DNA of 64,000 nucleotides from the NCBI GenBank assembly GCA_951406725.2, contig OX597823.1:117676001-117740000 (forward strand), written 5' to 3'. The notes beneath the pieces were generated by a model. The model searched no databases. It was given only the letters and a program-made list of their open reading frames with translations, and was not told where the DNA came from. The DNA comes from Octopus vulgaris (taxonomy: Eukaryota). This document shows positions 12,878-26,439 of this stretch, piece after piece (positions within the stretch are counted from its first letter, which is position 1; each line of letters opens with the position of its first letter). Made by a program: the position numbers and the translations under genes.

Positions 12878-14609
12878 GCAAAGGCTTGAGAACAGCAGTA
12901 ATAGTTACTGATGACACAATGGTTTCACATTTTATGTTGAAATTCAAGCAACATCAAAGTCTTTATGTCAGGATAAATCAATCTATGAAGTGCGATAGAA
13001 AGGGAAGTGATAGAATGGGTGATGGGGTAAACTAAGAGAAATCCATTTCTTCAACTTACTTTCTGAAGAAATTCTGCTCCTCTGTATTTGAGTGTGTATT
13101 TTTAGAGAAAGTTTTTATGCAAACGGTCTTAGTATATCGTGAATTTTGGTAGCATGTTAATGTATCTCAGTTGCTCTTGCTAACATAAGTAATACTAGAG
13201 TCCTGGAGATCTTTTTTCTTTTTGCAGTGGAGTATGTTTGTTGATGATCATTAATTATCTGCTTGCAAAGACACCGATGCTTTCATGCCTTTCTGTGATT
13301 CGTGTCACAGAACGGTTATACTGATAATAATATCAACAGCAGATGTGAAGTAAAGAGAAATAGAGGAGTTTCAGGAAAACACAGCTGACAATGGAATGTA
13401 AGAATGGCAAAGTAACAATGGAATGTCAAGTCATTCTAAAAGTATCCGATCTTTGTCATTTATTGATGCATTTTCACATATTCTGTACCCCACATCATTA
13501 TTAACTCACCATAGCAACAATAATGGCTAACAGACAGACAGAAAAATTAGATTTTTTTTTTATTATTTACAGTGTTTGATGCTGTAATTTTTTTTAGGTT
13601 CAACTATGCTGGGGTTAAATCTCCCTCTAAGGGTTGATAAAATATTTAACAACCAAGCAATTATCTCAACTATAACACTTCGCATAGAAAAAAAAAAAAA
13701 AAAGAGGGGTTCTTAGCTGAGCCAAAGAGAAATCAATATAAAACTGCAAGTGTATTTTTATTTTCATATATTTGTGTCTTACAAATAATTTAATGCTCAC
13801 AAAAAAGGAAAAGATAAAAAATAATGGAAGAAAAACTAAATAAGGGGAAACTAATGTTATTTTGATGTGTCAGACAAGTGTGATGTGGAAGAGATTTATG
13901 CAAACTATTTACTCTTTCGGCTACAGACCTAACGACATCAGAGTAATATCTTATGCAGCAGTGTCCTAATACCCCAACACAGCTAAAAGAAAAGCCATCC
14001 AGCCAGAAAGCTACAGAGAATAAACGAATTGAAAATGCTTTAACTTCAGTGAGTGCAGATAGAATCACCTGACTTTTCTCCCCATCATTTCCAGGCAATT
14101 TGACGTCTTAATAATTTGGCTATAAATCACATTTTCCACTATTTTTAAGCAGACAATAATTTATCAGAAAATAAAAGAATAAATCCTCACAGAAAAATAA
14201 AACTAAAAAGCAATAAATAATTTTTTTTGTTTTGTTTTATTTTTATTTATTTTGTTAATTTATTTTTTTTTTTTGTCATTTCAGGGATTTGAAGGACACA
14301 AAAATAAAAACAAAACAAAAATGAATGTACAAAAAGATTGTAAATAACTTCAACAGCTTTTCTTTAAATTCAATTTACTTTGGTTTCAACTTGCACCATT
14401 GCTAGAATTTTCCTATACTTTGCTATTATTTTCCGTTTTTCTAAGAGTTTACTGATGGTTTTAAACCAGACATACTATTTCACAGTGTGCGCAGCAAACT
14501 TATAAGGCAGCTTAAGCATATTTGAGACATTAAAACACAGTGGTTTTTTTATTTGAAGAATAGTCTACTACACCAATTCTAAACATATGAGTCAATGATA
14601 TATATATAT

Positions 14610-14902
14610 CTGTTTCTTTACTACCCCCAAGGGGCCAAACATAGAGCAGACAAACAAGGACAGACAAACAGATTAAGTCAATTACACAAGGGGCTAAACA
14701 TAGAGCGGACAAACAAGGACAGACAAACGGATTAAGTCAATTACATCGACCCCAGTGCGTAACTGGTACTTAATTTATTGACCCCGAAATGATGAAAGGC
14801 AAAGTCGACCTCGGTGGAATTTGAACTCAGAACGTAACGGCAGACAAAATACGGCTACGCATTTCGCCCGGCATGCTAACGGTTCTGCTAGCTCGCCGCC
14901 TT
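14610..14902 (-). mobile_element. SINE family A with an internal ~60 bp tandem duplication of its 3' part
   Basis: The segment AAGGGGC.AAACATAGAGC.GACAAACAAGGACAGACAAAC.GATTAAGTCAATTACA is present twice. Confidence 0.85.
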
Positions 14903-15769
14903 TTATATATATATCATCATCACCATTGTTTAACGTCCGTTTTCCGTGCTATATATATGTATACACACACACACACACACCAATATACATATATCAGTCA
15001 GTAATTACATACTCTAAAGATGTTCATAGTCACACATACTATTTATACTCCCTCTAAATATCAAGTCACATATACTATATGTCTTTTTTCCTTTTATATT
15101 TAAAGTCTGCTAACTGTGACTGGGTCCTCTAGTCTACCACATTCCTCCCAATAATGCCAGTTGGTCAAGAATTTCTTTGCTTATTATTGAAAAACAGTTT
15201 TTGTTATTGATGTAAGAATATGATGAAAAAGCTTGAAAGTGAGAAGTGTCATCCAACTTCAGCCAATGGAAATTACCTTGGACATTACTGTGTTGCAAAA
15301 CAACAATCTCTCTCAGCTTTTCCACAGATATCTATATATGATAGTTACACAAAATAGCAACAGAAAAGTAAAGGAAAGACAAGAGGCAGATAGAAGTATT
15401 CTCTGTTTGAACCAGTTGTTTAGATTTCTCATAATCTGCATTATTTAATGTTTCACCTGGTTATCAACATAGCTTGGAAGCTTTTCAGGCATACAGCATT
15501 TGTCTGTATGTCTCAAACCTCTGTCATCTCATCCTACTGCTTTAGATCCCAGTTAACTACTTCTCCCTCCGTCCCCTCATACATAAGTACTCTGACATTA
15601 CAACAATGACGACATCAGCTCCAAATAAACAGACTCATGGTAGCACCTACTAAACCCAGCTCGGTAACTTCTACATATGAGGCAGTACCAAAAAGTTCCC
15701 AGACTAGTTATGTTTAGAAAATTACTATTTTTAAATCTCACAATGAGAGATATTCAGCAACAGTACTTT

Positions 15770-16207
15770 GGAGTAAAGATTTTTGCCAACATAACATGGC
15801 AGTCCTGGTTTAGAATGAATGTTGCTGTAATTTAGCCCCAGGAGACATCGTCACCAGCTGGCTATACGACATGATCTGTGTCCTTATATTTTCAAACAAG
15901 GGAATCTAGCACCCCCACTCAGCTCAAAGCAATATCTGTGTATCACGATTTCCGGGTTATTTCCCTTTGTCAGCGCTACCTCTAGCTGATCAATTATTCT
16001 GTGCTGATGAAGAGAAATAACCTGGAAATCGCGATACACAGATATTGTTTTGAGCTGACTTGGGGTGCTAGATTCCCTTGTTCGAAAATATAAGGACACA
16101 TATTGTGTCGTATAGCCAGCTGGAGACGATGTCTCCTGGGTCTAAATTACAGCAACATTCATCCTAAATCAGGACTGCCATGTTATGTTGGCAAAAATCT
16201 TTACTCC
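15770..16207. repeat. Long inverted repeat (205 bp arms, 28 nt spacer) with hammerhead motifs
   Basis: 15770-15974 is the reverse complement of 16003-16207, with about 16 mismatches by manual comparison. Confidence 0.95.
15999..16041 (+). ncRNA. Minimal type I hammerhead ribozyme candidate
   Basis: CTGTG-CTGATGA-AGAGAAATAACCTG-GAAA-TCGCGA-TA-CACAG. Intact core, 5 bp stem I, palindromic stem III, AUA cleavage triplet, weak stem II. Confidence 0.7.
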
Positions 16208-18459
16208 TAGTTATGCTTAATACAAAGTAGCTTATTTACCAAAGTTTTAACATCATCTCCTTTGAAATAGTCACCTTGCAAAGCAATATACTGGTCCCAG
16301 CGTTCCTGCCACTTTTGGAATCCATCCTGGAAGTCATTTTCTATAAGCAAGTCAAGAACCTTCTGCAATTCACTCTGGATCCTGACAAGGGTGCTAAAAT
16401 GGTGAACTTTGAGCTGCCTTTTCATCTTGGGGAAGAGATGGAAGTTCACAGGTGCTAAATCTGGTGAATAGGGCAGGTGAAGAAGCAATACCATGTTGTT
16501 TTTGGTGAGAAATTCATGAGTGAGGCGAGCTCAGTAACAGGGTGCATTGTTGTCATGAAGAATTCGATTCTTTGCGCTCTACAGATCCAGTTGCTTTCAC
16601 CGAATGTCCTCCCTCAAACACTTCAAAATGTCACAGTAGAACTCTCAATTAACAGTCTGACCCTGGGAGATGAATTCTTGATGCACAATACCATGGATTT
16701 TGAAAAAAATGATGAGCATGCTCTCAATTGACCTGTAGCTCTGTCATGCCTTCTTCGGTCATGGAGATGAAAGGCTCTTCTATTGGGATGACTGCTTCAT
16801 CTCAGGGCTGTACCTGTAGACTCAATTCTCGTCACCAGTGATGATCATGAAGGATTGGTCATCAGTGGCACTCTGACAGAGATCTTGACAGACTTTGACA
16901 TGATATTCTTTCTGCTCAGTGGTCAGCTGGCAGGGGACAAACTTGGCAGAGACACAGTGCATGTTCAATTCAGGCGTTAGGATTGCCAGCATGGACCCAT
17001 ATGACAGACCGACAACATCAGCAATATTGTTGATTGTCCTTCGACAATCCTCATGCACAAGCTGATGAATTTTCTCCCCATTTCCACAGGTGATGCTCAT
17101 GGCAGGTCTTCCAGATTGCTCATCAACTTCCAGGGACAGTCTTCTATTTTTCAAGTGCCTATGCCACTCAAAACATTGCATACAACCTATTGCCTCATTG
17201 TCATAAGCTTGCTGAAGCATGTTCAAAGTCTCTATAGTAGACTTCCCATGTTTAACAGAAATTTCACGTTGGCTCTTTGTTCCAATTTCCCATCCATGAC
17301 AAAATTGCAGACGACAGCAAACATGTGATCACAAAGACACCAATTTCACAACTTGCCAAATAAACACAGTGATGTCACTCAGCACACTGCCTCATGAAGG
17401 TCACTGCTAGCTCTCATTGTGCATACAACTGTGTGCTGCCATTTGTTGGCACACTACAGAACAAGTCTGGGAACTTTTTGACACCACCTCATAGTTATTC
17501 ATTGATCCTGCAATAAATAACAGTCATATCTCCCTCAAACCACATTCTCCTATCTTCAGATGAGGAAATACAATATACTTGACTAAAAAACAATGATAAA
17601 GCTGGAATGCCTTTGATGATATTTATTCTGGATCAGACCCACTGGCAGCTAAATAGCATTTCCCAGCTTACCAGCAATATTAGCAATGTCTAATGTTCCA
17701 GAAGTTGTGATTGATGCATTTGTGAGAAATATAACATTTTATTGCAATCTTGCAATTTTGAGCAGAAAATCCGAATTCATTGCTGCAGACAGTTCCGTTG
17801 TTATTTATTAAAGCTTCAGTTTTCTACAGGCTAGCAGGTCTTTTCCCCGTTCATTGGATTCACAATATCCTGGAAAATTTCTTCCATTTTTTTTTTTATT
17901 TCAAATATTTTGATATATTTAATTTTTATAATATATTATTGATTTTAAGATGTCATTTTTCTGGAGCTGCTTCTCCATCACTGTCACTGCACTCTCAATT
18001 ATATATGTTGAATTGTAGTGTATTTCTGGTATTATATTGGTGGCCAATCATATATTGGCATATTTTCAAGTACTTTTTGTTGACATATGGCTCTACTTTG
18101 CTATTCTAATTTTTATTTTTCAAATAAGAAGAAGCATGAAACTCAGAGTAACAATTCAGAAAGCTGAAGCTACTCTGTATCACCATTATCTAACATCCGT
18201 TTTCCATGCTGGATGGTTTGACAGAATCTGATGAGCCACAGCGCTACCTTGTGTTCCATGTCAGCTTTGATATGGTTTCCATGGCTGGATGTCCTTCCTA
18301 ATGCCAACCTGCAGTGTGTATTGGGTGCTTTTTTTTGTGTGTGTCACCAGCACTAGTAAAGTTGGCAAGTAACTTCCAAGACTAACATATATATGTGTGT
18401 GTGTGTGTGGTGACTTTTGGGATATATATGTGTGTGTGTATGTGTATCTATATATGTAG

Positions 18460-18499
<40 letters not shown>

Positions 18500-18502
<3 letters not shown>

Positions 18503-18745
18503 CACCATCATTTAATGTCCATTTTCCATGCTGGCATGGGTTGAAGGGTTTGACTGGGGACTGGCAGGCCAGGAGGCCACACCAGGCTCCAATCTGATCT
18601 GGTAATGTTTCTACAGCTGGATGCCCTTCCTAACACCAACCACTCTGAGAGTGTAGTGGGTGCTTCTTACGTGCCACCGGCACAGGAGTCAATCAGGCGG
18701 CACTGGCATCAGCCTTTTATGTGCCACCGACACAGGAGCCAGTCA
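18500..18745 (-). mobile_element. Family C repeat
   Basis: Reverse-complement match to the 3' part of 9270-9711. Confidence 0.8.
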
Positions 18746-19787
18746 GAGTGACTCAACTATAAACATGTCAGAAAGTGACAGATACTTTCAAAGTTTGCCT
18801 TTCTTAGCCTGATGAGCAGCAGAGCTTGGACTGTTAGCTAGCTGAACACACCAAGTTGCCACTGGAGAAGGTGTTACAGCATGTAGCATCCCAGATGAGG
18901 GGCCTACAGCCACAGAACAGGAAAACTGTCATACCCTCAGGCCTTTTACCATCCACTTAGACTAGCCCTGCTGGCTCAAGCTGGAAAGGGAAGCCCGCAG
19001 AATCTAGGCTATGCTTTATGATTTAATTAAGGGCAACATGGCATGTAAAGTGGTGAGCACTATAATGGCATGACAATGGGTGGAAGCTGAAAGAATTCAC
19101 AGTGGATCTGGAGGCTGCCTCTGGAATACACCAATGCACAGATAGTCACGAATGATGACACCACATTGAGCCAAGCTCTGCTGTGAGGCTCAGAGGCTGA
19201 ACAGAAACATGACAGATGGTGCTGATCAAGTCAGTGCACGATCAACCTCATCATCATCATCATCATCAGTGCCACCAGTATAATCATCAACACCAGTATT
19301 ATTTTCATAAACACCCTTAACATCAATATCATTCTTATCATCATAATGATAATCAATTGATCATCACCATCATCATCATCATCATTATTATGCAAATTTT
19401 ATCTTACCTAAAAAAAAACTTTTTACAATGGTAATAGATTCAATTTTACAATTCTACAGCTTCCCCTACCATCACTTCCATTATCAAGCCAATTCTATAA
19501 TTTTATAATTAATATGATTTTGTAAACAAAGTGAATAGACAAAAGAACTAAAAAGAGAATATATCAAAGAATTAAAAAAATAAAAATTGATTTTTCAAAA
19601 CCTCAATGAAACAATAAAACAAAAAAAAATTATGAAATGTAATATTTATAGATATAGATTTTGTATTTTTTAGACTATATTGGATTTGATTTAAAAATAA
19701 AGCAAACTTTGAACACAGTTCTCTTGTATCAAGAAGAGAGAGAGAGGGGGGAGTGTGTGCATGTGCATACATGTGTGTGTTTGTGTA

Positions 19788-19792
<5 letters not shown>

Positions 19793-19860
<68 letters not shown>
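19793..19860. repeat. (GA)n microsatellite
   Basis: Pure dinucleotide run. Confidence 0.95.
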
Positions 19861-19864
<4 letters not shown>

Positions 19865-22004
19865 GATGTTCCATCAATAGACAGAAATGTTTGGCAAGAA
19901 ATGAAAAATAAAAGGAAAATACTGATTCTGTAGAAAGAAGTGACCAAAGTTGATTGTTTGTTGGAACGGGTGAGGATTAACTTATAGAAATGTTATCTGT
20001 GTATGTTTGGCATAAATGTAATTAAAAAAATAATAATTCACAATATTTACACATAGATATAAGCACTAACACACAGAGAAAGAAAAACATACAACGGAAT
20101 CCCATACAAGCAAACATAGATATTATACCCATCCATACAAAGATGTGTATCAGGCACAGATATGCAAATGCACATAAAACTATGTACATGTAAAAAGGTA
20201 TACACAAAAGCATACCAATGCACAATTATGCACACATTATGCATATATATGCAAACAAGACCCAAAATATTTCTAACATATATACAGTCACATATACAGA
20301 GTAAAATTCCAAAGGATACACAATTACAATTTTACATCCATATATTCAACCTTCTAAACACACTAATATGTTCAGCTGTAAAGACATACACACTACATGC
20401 AGAAATACAAACAGAGGTACTAGATGCTCAGCTAGATATCAATACACACACTACATGCCTAACTACATATAAATGCAAACATATATACACACACAATCAC
20501 AGAAATACATACATTCACAAAATTGTGTATAATCTTAAACCAGTAAAGGAACTTACACATACAATCCATTCATCCATTTTTTGATACACAGTCATCTACA
20601 CACATCCAACTACATATGTACGTACATACGTACATACATATCCAACTACACATACACAGCTATAGTAAAGGAACTTACAACATTGTTTGACCCTTTTTTA
20701 ATGTAGCAGCTAAATTCCATAAAATTCTTAAAATTGGAAGAACATGTTGCAAAGTCTGTTCTGTTATAAATGACCAGAACTAGAAATACCAGCAGACCGT
20801 TTGTTTAACTATTCCTGAAGCAATGATTTACATCGAAGTAGAAATAAAGAAAGGGAGGGCAGAGATGCACCCCCTACCAACTACTTTCATTACCACCTAC
20901 AGTAAACAGCAAGTGCTTTTGCTCAATAGGGTCATGTTAAAATATTAGTTTAACATGTTTTAATTAATGTATTTAAAGGTATCATTAATGTATGTTTCAT
21001 TTTCATGGATGAATGAATCAGAATGTTCATGCATTGATGGTTATAGGAATAGAAATGATCTTTACAACAGTCATTGCCTTTATAGACTGTGTAATTACAT
21101 TCTACTGCATGCAGTGTTAGTCACTGTACAATATCATGAGAGCAAATAGGTTTACCACTGAAACTATTCAACCTGATAAAGTCTTTATTATTCCAGCCAA
21201 CTAACCAAAGTCAGATCAAATAGAAAGGAGAGACAAATATCTGTGCTAAAAACTTGTGTCCAGCAGGATTGAGTATCTTTGTCACTCCTCATTAATTATG
21301 TAATTAATTACTAGTGTTCTGAGAATCCATTGAAGCAAACACAGATATTAACAATGTTGCTCTACTGAGTCCATTCACGATTGATCACCAGATCATACCG
21401 GATATAAATGGGGAGACTTTGAATTGAATCAACCAGAGAAAGAGAATGCAGTTAGATTCAAAGTCCCATCAGCTGACATTCAAAGTGTAAGTGGTGCAAG
21501 AGACCTTCCTTACCAACTAACTGGCCAGCCCAATAAAGAGACAGCTAGTGTCATCTTCTGAACTCTGATTATAAACTCAAAGTGTGCTCAAATGTCATAT
21601 AAAGATGCAAGCATTCTAAACACTGGCAGACTCCATTCTTCACTACGGCTGAGAGATCTGATCCCTAAAAGATGAGAACCAGCACTGTTTGCTGTTGATA
21701 ACTGATAATTGAGAAGAATATTGTGTGTTTCTTTTATTAACCAGGTGTAGATCTATAAACTCTAACGACATTGTTTCGTGAAGCCACTGTTATTTCTATC
21801 AAGAAACCAGTGTCATCACTTGTTTGATCATGCATGTCAATGTCCTCTAGAAGACATGCTTCTTCAATGCTGCAGGAAATCCAAAAGCATGCTCGAAACA
21901 GATCACACACTGATGAGAAATATATCAAGTCCTTCTTCAGTAGTATGTGGATTAGTTTTAAGTATACCTGATTTTGTGACAAAGGAAGTCGACAAATAGC
22001 TATA

Positions 22005-22375
22005 GGTGCAGGAGTGGCTGTGTGGTAAATAGCTTGCTTATCAACCACATGGTTCTGAGTTCAGTCCCACTGCGTGGCACCTTGGGCAAGTGTCTTCAAC
22101 TATAGCCTCGGGCCAACCAAAGCCCTGTGAGTGGATTTGGTAGACAGAAACTGAAAGAAGCCTGCCGTATGTGTGTGTGTGTGTGTTTGTGTGTCTGTGT
22201 TTGTCCCCCTACCATCGCTTGACAATCGATGTTGGTGTGTTCACATCCCCATAACTTAGCGGTTCGGCAAAAGGGACCGATAGAATAAGTACTAAGGTCG
22301 ATTTGTTCGACTAAAGGCGGTGCTCCAGCATGGCCACAGTCAAATGACTGAAACAAAAAAAGAATAAAAAAGAAT
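22005..22375 (+). mobile_element. tRNA-derived SINE, family B (CORE-like), with internal (GT)n linker
   Basis: Head GGAGTGGCTGTGTGGTAA...GAGTTCAGTCCC, then CORE-like GGCACCTTGGGCAAGTGTCTT. Tail GCTCCAGCATGGCCACAGTCAAATGACTGAAAC. Confidence 0.85.
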
Positions 22376-22679
22376 AGAATGCGTGATGTGGGTCCAAGAG
22401 GAAGGAAGGTGAATACCATAAGAAATACAAGGTAGATGATGAGTGACACAAGGTGCTAGAAATGTATTGCATTCTTAAACAAGAAATTGTACCAACATAT
22501 TATACTGAAAAACCTACTAATGAAGATTTCCATATGGTTTCCTTGTAAGTATATTCATGTAAAAGGGGTCATCTTTTACTCAAATGTAAATTTTAAACTG
22601 TGGGGTCATTCTTTAACTTTCTTAATGTAAATCAATCAGAATGTGCTAAGTAGTGTAACTTGCTCAAGAGCACAATATA

Positions 22680-22950
22680 ATCATCATCATCATCGTTTAA
22701 CATCCGTTTTCCATGCTAGCATGGGTTGGACGGTTCGACCGGGGTCTGGGAAGCCAGGAGGCTGCACCAGGCTCCAGTCTGATCTGGCAGAGTTTCTACA
22801 GCTGGATGCCCTTCCTAACGCCAACCACTCCATGAGTGTAGAGGGTGCTTTTTACGTGCCAGGCGAGGCTGGCAACGGCCACGATCGGTTGGTGCTTTTT
22901 ACGTGCCACTGGCATGGAAGCCAGCCAGGGCGGCACTGGCATCGGCCATC
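22680..22950 (-). mobile_element. Family C repeat
   Basis: (CAT)n followed by CGTTTAACATCCGTTTTCCATGCTAGCATGGG, the reverse orientation of family C. Confidence 0.8.
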
Positions 22951-22979
22951 TGCGGTAAAGATTGAACTCCTAACCATGT

Positions 22980-23420
22980 AAGTATTCCGACACCTTAAAC
23001 TCATTAGCTATTCAATATTGTCCAGCTGTTACATTATATCCAATAATATTACATACAATAGATCTTGTTGGAGAATCAGCACCAACTTTATTGTTTTTCA
23101 CAACTGAGAAACACAGCCTGTGGCTGTCTCCTTGTTTCCACTGATGTCGCAGATTTATTGTTCTCTCAAAATTTTCCAAGATTATTCTCAAATATTGATT
23201 GACTGATTTAACAATTTCACATGAAGTTTCAAACTGGTACAGATTTAGAATTAGGAAGACTTGTTGCTTTGATATGTTTCTCATACATCTTCTTGCATAA
23301 TGTATGTAAATGGCCTCCCAACGATGATTGGTAGAATTCAATACTATTGGTTCATGTTCAAAGGTTAATCCAACGATAGACTAGTGTTCTGTAGCGAAAG
23401 TCCATTTATATCTTATTTTG
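22980..23420 (-). mobile_element. Highly decayed LINE reverse transcriptase fragment
   Basis: ORF 23012-23341 has a KQGDS motif resembling the RT QG motif. Support is weak. Confidence 0.4.
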
Positions 23421-23907
23421 TGAAGTTTTACTGGAAGACATGAAGGTATGACTGTTGATAATCCAGTATCCTATAGAATATAACACTATAAGTAATAGCA
23501 GGTATTTGTCTTCCATCTTTTACAGGAGGTTAATTTGTTTGGTAAATATTAAAACTAGTTCATCAGTCAGAGGAAGTTAATCTGCAATAGACTAGCATCC
23601 TATCCAAGAAAGAATAAACTTCATCAAGTCTGCTTAAAAATTACAGAAAGCATAAACAACCAATAATAATAGCAGTTAAAATAAATCTTTGGGTAAAAAA
23701 AAAGGAAGGTAAAAAGGAAAACATAAAAAATAAACAGTGCAGTCAATTTAGAAAAAATTAGAGAAATAAATGTCAGGAATTTAAAGGAAATAAAATTCAA
23801 ACATGTTGCTGTTGAGTTCTATCATGGATATCATAATCATCTGCATTTCAGAGAAGAGAAGAATATAAAAGAAGAATTTAAAAAGGGAAAAGGAAAATAG
23901 AACTCAC

Positions 23908-23994
23908 CTGACGTGAGACAGATGGCTTCTCCAAGTTTTGTAAAATGATCAAATAGGATGCTGCAGTTTGTAATCTGCCACTGGCTAAACAATC
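23908..23994 (-). CDS. RIC1: RIC1 internal coding exon, DCLASGRLQTAASYLIILQNLEKPSVSRQ, 87 bp, phase 0/0
   Basis: Polypyrimidine tract plus cgccAG acceptor, and CAG|GTGAGT donor. Matches the recalled conserved RIC1 motif ECL..DLDTAASYLIILQNME.PAVSRQ. Splices in frame to the exon at 5806-5890. Confidence 0.93.
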
Positions 23995-24996
23995 CTGGCG
24001 ATAAAAAGAAAAAAGAAAAGACATTGACAAGAGAAGTAATAAAAACAACATAGATCCTAGCACAGAAGGTGGTCATCATTGCTTCACAAAAATTGACAAA
24101 AGCCTAAGGAACAGTTTAAACCAGAGAAAGACATCAATTATTTAGCTAAGTTTTGCATATTTTCAGCACTGCTGCAGGCCAAGATGTCTTATTTCCTAAG
24201 GTTTCTCACCCCTAGATATGGTGTTAAAGTGATTTCTTACATGGAAAGATTAATGTGGATTCATATAGAATACAGGTCAGTGTTACCTATCCATGTTTTA
24301 GATAAACCTCTGAACTCATTGTATACATTATCGCCAAAGGTAAAATGTTTACACTCTGCCTATAAATTTTCTTTTGAGAAGGTTCAATCACCATCTAAAG
24401 CAACAAAATTATTATTTGTGAAAACCAAAGCCTTGTGAATGGATTTGCTAGATGGAAACTGAAAATAGTCCATCACATGTGTGTGAGTGTGTACCTGCGC
24501 ACATATGCGAACATGTGTGTGAAGGTGTGAGAGAGGCATCTCCTTGTTTTGACATCATGCGATAGTTGCAAAAGAGTGCCACTGTCATATAAGCTGTGTC
24601 ATTCATTTCCAATCCTCCATGAAAACCATGTCTGGTCATGGGGCAATCTGCCTTAACAGATTCCATCTGAGCCAAGTAAGAATGGAAAAGTGGCCATTAA
24701 ATGATGATGATGATGGTGGTGATGTGAGGAAGGGGGACATAATATTTGATAGGGACAAAAAGTGGACAAGGGAAAATGTAATTTCACTTCTGGTCCCACC
24801 TTCAATGGAGATGTAAATAAAAAAAAGAATTGAAACCAAGGATTGAATCATGGCTGGGATAAATTTAGCTGACACTTAACTGCTACACAAACTATGGTAC
24901 ACACTGCAAAATATCATCTGAAACACACTTAAGAGTAAGTATATTCATTGTTAAGGCAGTGTGTGTGTGTGTGTGTGAGTCGGAAGGATATCAAGG

Positions 24997-25045
<49 letters not shown>

Positions 25046-25049
<4 letters not shown>

Positions 25050-25260
25050 CTTTATTGCCCACAAGGGGGCTAAACACAGAGGGAACAAACAAGGACAGAC
25101 AAATGGATTAAGTTGATTACATCGACCCTAGTGTGTAACTGGTACTTAATTTATCGACCCTGAAAGGATGAAAGGCAAAGTCGACCTCAGCAGAATTTGA
25201 ACTCAGAGCGTAAAGGCTACGCATTTCACCCGACATGCTAATATTTCTGCCAGCTCGCCA
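25046..25260 (-). mobile_element. SINE family A
   Basis: Reverse-complement match to 7205-7436. Confidence 0.85.
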
Positions 25261-25264
25261 CGTT

Positions 25265-25555
25265 GTATATATATATACTGTTAAGGCTGTGTATATACTA
25301 AGGCTATATATAGTCATTGTTAAGGCAGTGTAAATGTATATCTATTACTGAAACCGTCTATTTACTGCTAAGGCTGCTGCATACATTTATTACGAATGCT
25401 GCACTTATTTACTGTTAAGGTTAGAAAGATTTACTGTTAAAGCAGATCATAATCACTGTTAAGGCTGTATGCAGTTGCTGCTGAGGCTGTGTATATTTAT
25501 TATCATGGCAGAGTATATTTACTGTTAAGGTTGCATATATTTAGTGTTAAAGTTG
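25265..25555. repeat. Degenerate ~23 bp minisatellite (TATATTTACTGTTAAGGCTGTG-like)
   Basis: The core CTGTTAAGG recurs at roughly regular spacing. Confidence 0.7.
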
Positions 25556-26439
25556 AAGTTTCTTTTTTTTTTGAGGTTGTGTATATCGTTTCCTAGACTC
25601 TACATTCAATTGTATCTTCCATAGAAACAAAGTAACAAGAGAAAACAATATGGTATTAAAATAAATCTTTTTTTAAAAATAGCATATCAAAACTAATGCT
25701 ATATAAAGACAAGATTATGTATGTAATGTATGTAACCTATATTACACATAAGTACAGACACAAGTTTGCTCTCACCCATATATATATATATATATATACA
25801 TACATACATACATACATACATACATACAAACATACACACGTTTACACACATAGGCACCTACATATGCATAGTATCATCACGGTTTAAGCATCCACTTTTT
25901 TCTTGTTTGCATGAGTCAGGTAAGACTTGCTGAGACAAATATTTTCTATAGTCAAATACCATCAATACACAATGACAAAGCGAATGCATATACATACACA
26001 AACATGATGGGCTTCATCCAGTTTCCATGTACGAAATTACTTTTGAAAGACATTGGTTAACTTACAGCTATTGTGGAAGATATCATCCAACAGTGTTTAT
26101 TGAGTGGGAGCAAATCCTAGACAACAAAATGTCTGAAGCATGCATGCATGAATGTGTGTATGTGTCCTAAGAGAAGGATAACTCTTGAAGTGATCTCCCT
26201 AGTAGGGGGTTTAAATTCAATGCAGTCATAAATAGAAAATAAAAAAAAGAGAGAGACACATCGGGTGTTTCCCATGAGAGCCAGAAACAAAATAGAATAG
26301 AAGTTTTATAGACAGAGGTAAGCATTTTCTCAATAGATTTTGTATAATATTCAAAATATATTCCAACATCAGTTAACGTAAGATTAAACAACCACCTGAG
26401 TCCAAGCATGAAACTGGTAATTCTGAGCCATCATTAGCC

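Larger units (their letters stand above)
15678..17491 (-). mobile_element. Full-length decayed mariner transposon carrying a foldback insertion
   Basis: TA-flanked TIRs TGAGGCAGTACCAAAAAGTTCCCAGACT and AGTCTGGGAACTTTTTGACACCACCTCA. Transposase pieces include CFEWHRHLKNRR..DEQSGRP, IITGDE, LHDNNA and PYSPDLAPVNFHLFPKMK. Length is about 1.3 kb once the insertion is removed. Confidence 0.93.

Noticed and set aside
12545-12947. Poly-E/K/L ORFs
   Set aside because: These are translations of the (GAA)n tract.
21737-22048. FLIEITVA motif as an RLE endonuclease or RIC1 exon
   Set aside because: It is a single weak motif with no supporting neighbours or splice signals.
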